The notes under the pieces are model-generated. The model did not search any database and was not told the origin of the DNA. It worked only from the letters and a program-made list of their open reading frames with translations. A DNA stretch of 63,485 bases, filler included, from Reclinomonas americana ATCC 50394 (taxonomy: Eukaryota): the NCBI GenBank assembly GCA_048213135.1. It is 14 parts of 14 records of this genome, joined end to end, with 100 filler letters (N's around TTAATTAATTAA, not from the genome) between each part and the next. Parts side by side here need not be neighbours in the genome. Positions count along the whole stretch, not along the records: positions 55,893 to 60,136 come from AFZH01018514.1; positions 60,237 to 63,485 come from AFZH01018517.1; 12 more parts are not named here. The stretch is one strand, 5' to 3'. Both the position numbers and the translations under genes were made by a program. Numbering within the stretch: the first letter of the stretch is position 1; every line of letters starts with the position of its first letter. Of the stretch, positions 57,584 to 63,485 are shown piece by piece.

Positions 57584-60122
57584 TCAACGTCCAAGCGATA
57601 ACAGATGCGTCCGGATTTCCTCGGCGCGCTTGGCCACGCGCCTCAGCTCGCTCAGATGCTGCGTCTTCCACTCCTCGTGTTGCGCCGCTGCGGATTCAGC
57701 GGCACGCAGCTTGTCGGCAATCGCGTGGCGACGGCCAATCAGCTGCTCCTGACGGCGTTCGGTTTCCGCGTCAGACGACGATGACCGCGGCAGGCGTTGC
57801 TTGGCGTCGTGCAGCGCCACCAACTCGGCAATGGCACGCAGTGCTTCGCGGCACTGGCGGGCCTCCTCGCGCGCTCGCTGGGCGGCTCCCTCCCGGTCGG
57901 CAAAATCGCGCAATCGAGACTCGATCTGCGCCACCTCGCCCCGAAGCGCGGCCTCGGCTTCCGCTTCCTTGTCCTCCACCTCCTCCTCTTCTTCCTCCTC
58001 TTGTGCCACCACTGCTTTCGCCACTTCCGCTTCTGAATAGTCTGCTGACGTGCTGTCGCCCCTCTTTTCTACATACAGTGGGGGAGGAGGTGGTGGAGGT
58101 GGTGGTGGTGGTGGCGGTGGGTTGTCCCTCTCCTCCGTCACTTCCGCTTCCTCTTCCTCCTGCGGGACGACACTCGGCGGTGATTCCCTGTCGACGACCA
58201 GTGGTGGTGGTGGTGGTGGTGGTGGTTGTGGCCGTGGCATTTCATGTGGCACTGGCCGCACAAAGGCAGACGGTGCCGAGCGGCTGGAGACGTTGCCGGT
58301 GGGCGCGGCAGGTGGAACTGCCGAACAAGTGAGACAAGTGAACACATTGTCGTCAGTGTGCAAAGCAACGCACCACGCAATTGTCGTGGTTGTGGAGCTG
58401 CTGCTGTTGCAGTTGTTGCAGTGGTGGGTGCGGCAAAGGGCTTTGGCAAACCTGCACACTCGACAAATGAGATGCTTTCAGAAAACACACTATGCTCGAC
58501 AACCGCCCACGCAACTGCGAGGCACTGGTCGTTGAGGATCTGCGAGACGACAATGCGCGGTGAGTGAATGGAGACTGGCTTGCCGACGCACACAGCAACG
58601 CAACTGGCCGCGCCCGGCACACCACGCTGCGGTGCGCGTGTGGCAGTGGTCACGACTGTGCGCAACGAACAATCAGGTGAGCGGGCATGAATACATTGCA
58701 CAGATCGGAAGCACCCGCCACCACACCTTGCAGCTGGTGATGACTGTCGGCCGACGAGTCGCTGATGGAGATTTCTGCGAGACAACTGCTGGTGAGCGCT
58801 GCGTTCTCCACACACGAAACGAAGCATCAGTCTCGCCTCACCACCGCCACCGGCACGTGGAATGCTGGACAGCTCGAGCGCAGGTACCGAAGGCACAGGA
58901 GCGGGCCGGCGCACCGCAGCAGTAGGAGCAGCAGGAACCGCTGCTGTCGAGCCGAGTGACGACTGAAACATGCCGGGGATGCGTGGCGCAGGACGAGGAG
59001 GTGGCTTCGGAACCAGCCAGTCGAGTGTGGTCGGCAGGTGACTGAGAGCAGCCCTGCAGGTGCCTGCACGTAAGCACAATATCGTCGCCACACACACACA
59101 TGCACAAGACAAACCGCTGGCGAATCTCCTCATCTCGAGCATTATCTCGCGCCATGCGTGCCTGTGCAGCTCGCTCGCGCTCCTCGCGCCGCTCGGCAAA
59201 TCCCTGCTCGATCTCCCGTGGCAGGTGCAGACGCGCCAGTGCAGGAAGTGCTCCACTGCCACTACTGCCGCCGGCTGCGGCCGATCCACCCGCCCCCAGG
59301 CGTCGACCCTTGCCGAGCGCTTTTTCCTTCCAATGATGCGCAATGCGTTCCACCAGCTGAAACACCCGCGCGTTGCGCTGTGCCTCCTGCGCAGCCAGAT
59401 ACTCCAAGCGGCGAGAACGGCGTGCAAGTCCCACCTCCAGCCACCGTGTCACACCCTGTTTCAACAGTCGCTCCTGTCGCGCCCGCAGCGCATCACGTTT
59501 CTCCGCATGACGCAGTCTCCTTTGGTCACGGTGGGCGACAAACGCCGCAAACACTCGCCGTTTCAACGTTCGCTCCCCAAAGTGCGTCGCGGCGCGTGCC
59601 TGCGTAGCTTCTTCTCGCCGACGCACAAACTCGGCGCGCCAACGACGCCACACTTGTTGCTTCAGGCGCAGCACGCGATACCGTGTCGCCAGCATTCGTC
59701 GTGCCTGGTGCACCACGCGTTAGAAGACTCGAATCGTGACGCATACAAGAGGGAGTGGACACACCTTTTTCAGTCGCCGCACGCTCGTATACTCGCGCCA
59801 CGCTCGCAGCGTGCGCGACATTTGACGACCCCAGTTGAAGGCATTCGCGCGTGCCCTTGCCACGCGATTCATCACGCGATGCGCGTACAGATCCATCCAG
59901 TAGCGCATGACTCGGCGTTTGATACCCAACTGCAGTTTGCGTCGCACCGCCTGAGCTGCCTCCATTTCCTCTGCCTCGAAGCGCAGTCTCTCGTCGGTGC
60001 GCTCGCGCCACAATGCAAAGGCGTCGCGCAAACGCGATGTGGTGGCCAGACGTCGCGCTGCTTGCGAGCGCAGTCGATCCACTCGCCACCGCCGGCACAC
60101 CCGAAACCACTCACTCACACAC
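57584..60122 (-). CDS. SFI1: SFI1-like centrin-binding protein (3' part)
   Basis: Periodic A..(F/Y)....L....F..W repeats (LRDAFALW, RRVMRYW, SRTLRAW, QQVWRRW, RRVFAAF, QGVTRW, RIAHHW), a Pro-rich linker and a C-terminal coiled coil; TGA 57586-57584. Confidence 0.8.
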
Positions 60123-60306
60123 CTGCGAGGGAAAAGNNNNNNNNNNNNNNNNNNNNNNNNNNNNNNNNNNNNNNNNNNNNTTAATTAATTAANNNNNNNN
60201 NNNNNNNNNNNNNNNNNNNNNNNNNNNNNNNNNNNNGACCACCACCAACACGTGAGTGGGCGACGACGACAATAATGATGGAGAAAAAAAGTGTGTGTGA
60301 TCGCAC

Positions 60307-63300
60307 CTGAATTCGGGAATGGCAAAATCGGCCGCGCGCGCAGCCTGCGCACCCTCGCGACCAATCACACCAACGCCGACCTTGGCCTCCTGAATCATCG
60401 ACACGTCGTTTGCGCCATCACCAATGCCCAGGCCAATTTTGCCGCGCTGCGTTTGAACCAGCTCCACCACCTAACACAGTCATTTTCGCCGGGTGAGGGC
60501 ATGCAGCAACGTGCGTGTCACAGCACCAACACACACACACACACAACATACCTTGGATTTTTGCAGCGGCGTGGCGCGACAGCAAATGGCACTCTCGCAC
60601 AAATCGCACAGATCAAGGAACAAGTCCGACCACTCGGACAGGGCAAACTTGAGCGAGGCACCGTCGATAATGAGGGCGAATCCGGTGGGGAACTCGTGCG
60701 GTCCGCCGGCGAACACCATCTTGGAGGCGTCGTGCGTGTGCGGTTCGACCACGGACGAAATGGAATCGGCACGATCCGGAAGCATTGCATCCAGTGACGG
60801 GATACCACTGTTGACACGCGGTGGACCACCACGCTGACTCGCTCCGCGATGCACGCCAAGCGGCGACACGTCTGGTGGACTGGCGGCGCCAGCAGGAACA
60901 GGACCTGGTGGCGGCTGTGCAATGTGCCGCTTCGAGCGGCGACCGGTGCCGCTGCCAATGCCCTCCAGCGGGTCACCCAATTGCTGGCCCTCCTTCAGCG
61001 CCACAATGGCACGGATGGTGGCAATGTGGGAGCGCAGCTGGTCACCACATGCCTGCGCTGAGTCGGCCGAAATGTGGCAGAGACCCATGGTGGACGACAG
61101 CAAGTGGCACGAGTGTCCAATGTTGACAGCCGTCTCACGCTTGTCGCCCGTCAGCACCCACACCGACATGCCAGCCTGAGGGAGATGAAAAGTGAGAAGA
61201 GTAAGCATCAGCGCGAGCACGCCCACTTGTTATCACCATCCACTCACCTCACGCAGCCAGGAAATCGTCTCCGGCACGTACTCTTGCAGGCGATCCTCAA
61301 TGGCCGAGCAGCCAATCAGGTCCAAGTCTTGCTCCAGCTCGTCGTAGAGGCGATTGAGACGGCGCTCGCGATCTACCATGGCCAAGTCGGCATCGGTGTG
61401 TGCTTGCAGCCATCGATCAAACATTTCCGGATCCAGTCGACGTGAGCACATGACCAGTGTGCGCAGACCCTATGGTTTTCGCAGGACATTGTGTGAGTTC
61501 ATGCGAGGACCGTGTCGTCGAACTCCGAGATACACACCTCCTTTGCAAACGATTGCAACGAAAAGTACGCTTGCGTCTTGTGCGCCAGGTCTCCGTGAGC
61601 CGAGAGGCGCGGCAGCATCACCGAGTCAGCGCCCTTGGAATACATGATGATTTCGCCAGTCGGGGCACGCAGCACAATCGACATGCGCTTGCGATCCGAG
61701 GAGAACTCGAGGGTGGCCAGAATCTGGTACTCTTCCTCGCGACCTGTCACGGAAAAAAGTGAGAAAAGAGAGAGCGTGGGGGAGTGAGGAATGAGAGCAC
61801 ACGAACCCAGTACATCAATGGTCATTGTGCGGTACGACCGCTTGAGCAGCACAAAGTCGTTTTGGCGAGCGGCAAGCACCAGCGCCACCTCGTCTGTACT
61901 CTGCGCCTCGTATGTGATTTCTGCCAAAGAAACCGCATGTGAGTGACACAGACGCATGCTTTGACAGCGCCAACAAATAAAAAACAGACGCACCGCCAGT
62001 ATCCTCATCAGCCTCGGGCACCACAGTGTGGCACAGGGCAAGCGACCGCAAGTACTCCTCGACAATCATGTGCTGGGTGCGCGTCAGCGTGCCAAACTGC
62101 AATGCTTGTCGCAGGCCGCCTGGTCTTATCAGTTCGTTGTGCTCGAGACCGGCCATGGCGCACGATGCGAATCGCATCACATTCTGCGTCAGCGTGCCCG
62201 TCTTGTCGCTGAAAATGAAATCAACCTGCGAGGGGGGGACAGGGGAGGGAGGGGGAAGGAAAGGCGTAAACATCACCGCCACCGCCACCACGAAAATAAA
62301 GGTCGAAAAACACACACACCAGCGCCAACTCGTCGTTGAGGTTGGAGGTCTTGGCGCGCATGCGCACGTCGCCGAGGTTCATCTTCGGGTCCCACTCCAT
62401 GAAACGCGCTTGCATGTACTTGGTCAACTCCAGAGTGACGAAGAGCGAGATCGGGATAAAGTACGAGTAGAGGATAAAGTGCGTCAGGCACAGCTTGAAG
62501 AAGAAGAAGCCGCCGGCACCCTCGTTCTCCTGAATGTAGAACGAGTAGCGACCGGTGGAATTCTGCGGCACGCAAAGCAACAGCAGCAGTGAGTGAGTGA
62601 GGGAAGAGACGTAAAAGGAGAAAAGGGGGGGGGGATAGATCATTGTCGGGCAGTGGAGTCTGGAGGCACGCACGGAAAGCAGCGGCGTGCACCCAAACGG
62701 ATCGGGTATGAATACAGCCCAACGATTGGTCTCCGACCATACACACTCAGAGTCAGCAAGTCTACGCACTGCACTCGTCCACTTTTTTCGTCCTCACGGG
62801 GAGGGGAAACAAAAGAGAATGACGTGCAGCAGACAGGCTGAACTTGAAATGTCGGTGAAAGGCAGAGGAAGAGAAGGGGGGAGGAGAGAAAAGGGAGGAG
62901 AGAGAAAGGTGAGAAAGAAATCCGCAGCCATACCTGCCACACGACGCCGAGTGCCGCCGACAGCGCAATGAGCGCAATCTGGAAGATGAACATGCCGACA
63001 ATAAAACGATTGAGGAAGCGGTCCAGCTGGGAGAACTTGGACGAGGTCTTCTTGAGATTGCGGAAGAGCTTCGTGTCGACGCCAGCGTACACCACCAAGC
63101 CGTACACGAACTTGGTGTTGCGCAGCTCACATCCCTGCAGAGAGTGAGAAAGAGAAAGTTCTCACCATCATTGGCGGTGTGGGCGACGACGCAACTCGCA
63201 GCAGCAGCTGATCCACATTGAAACGCACTCGCGTGTCGGCGCAGTGCAACACGGCGTCGAACTCGTGCAGCGACTCGCTCGGGTCGTGGCAAATGATGGA

Positions 63301-63382
63301 GCCCCGCTGATTCGACAGCGAATCGGTGGTCAGCCAACTCGAGGTGTACGGCCGCGCGCGCTTCAGCTTCAGGTTGGTTTCA
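60307..63382 (-). CDS. P4-type ATPase (phospholipid flippase), internal fragment
   Basis: [116 protein letters not shown]. Confidence 0.97.
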
Positions 63383-63485
63383 CTGCATCAAGACACAATG
63401 CATGTAAGCATTGGAAGGAGAGGGAGGGGGAGAGGGGGGAGAAGGGGGAAAGAGGGAGAAGGGGAGAGGGAGAGGGAGAGGGAGA

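Overview
Intron-rich eukaryotic (probably protist) genomic scaffold. It consists of 14 contigs joined by 13 artificial 100-bp linkers (N44-TTAATTAATTAA-N44). Several genes continue in the correct splice phase across linkers, so the local contig order looks real. Genes were reconstructed by hand-splicing, left to right: (-) intron-containing CMC/EnSpm-Plavaka-type transposase; (+) large Rab-like GTPase-ankyrin fusion; (-) SCAPER; (+) small orphan gene; (-) ankyrin-coiled-coil-HEPN-protein kinase; (+) GH20 beta-hexosaminidase with a duplicated first exon; (+) F-box-like/LRR-FCP1 CTD phosphatase fusion; (-) EF-hand-SRPBCC protein; (-) ZC3H3-like CCCH protein; (-) cadherin-like/EGF/TIG/H-lectin surface protein; (-) Q/P/H-rich protein; (-) SFI1; (-) P4-ATPase. 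The best candidate for a new system is the ANK(x3 modules)-CC-HEPN(RxxxxH)-kinase gene. It has the same domain types as RNase L in a different order, and its sensor modules were triplicated with 7-nt micro-exons. Other notable items are a recurrent non-canonical GTTGCG 5' splice site and an FCP1 intron built from tandem decoy copies of its own acceptor and exon start. Family assignments come from motif recognition only; no database searches were run, and exon boundaries are predictions.
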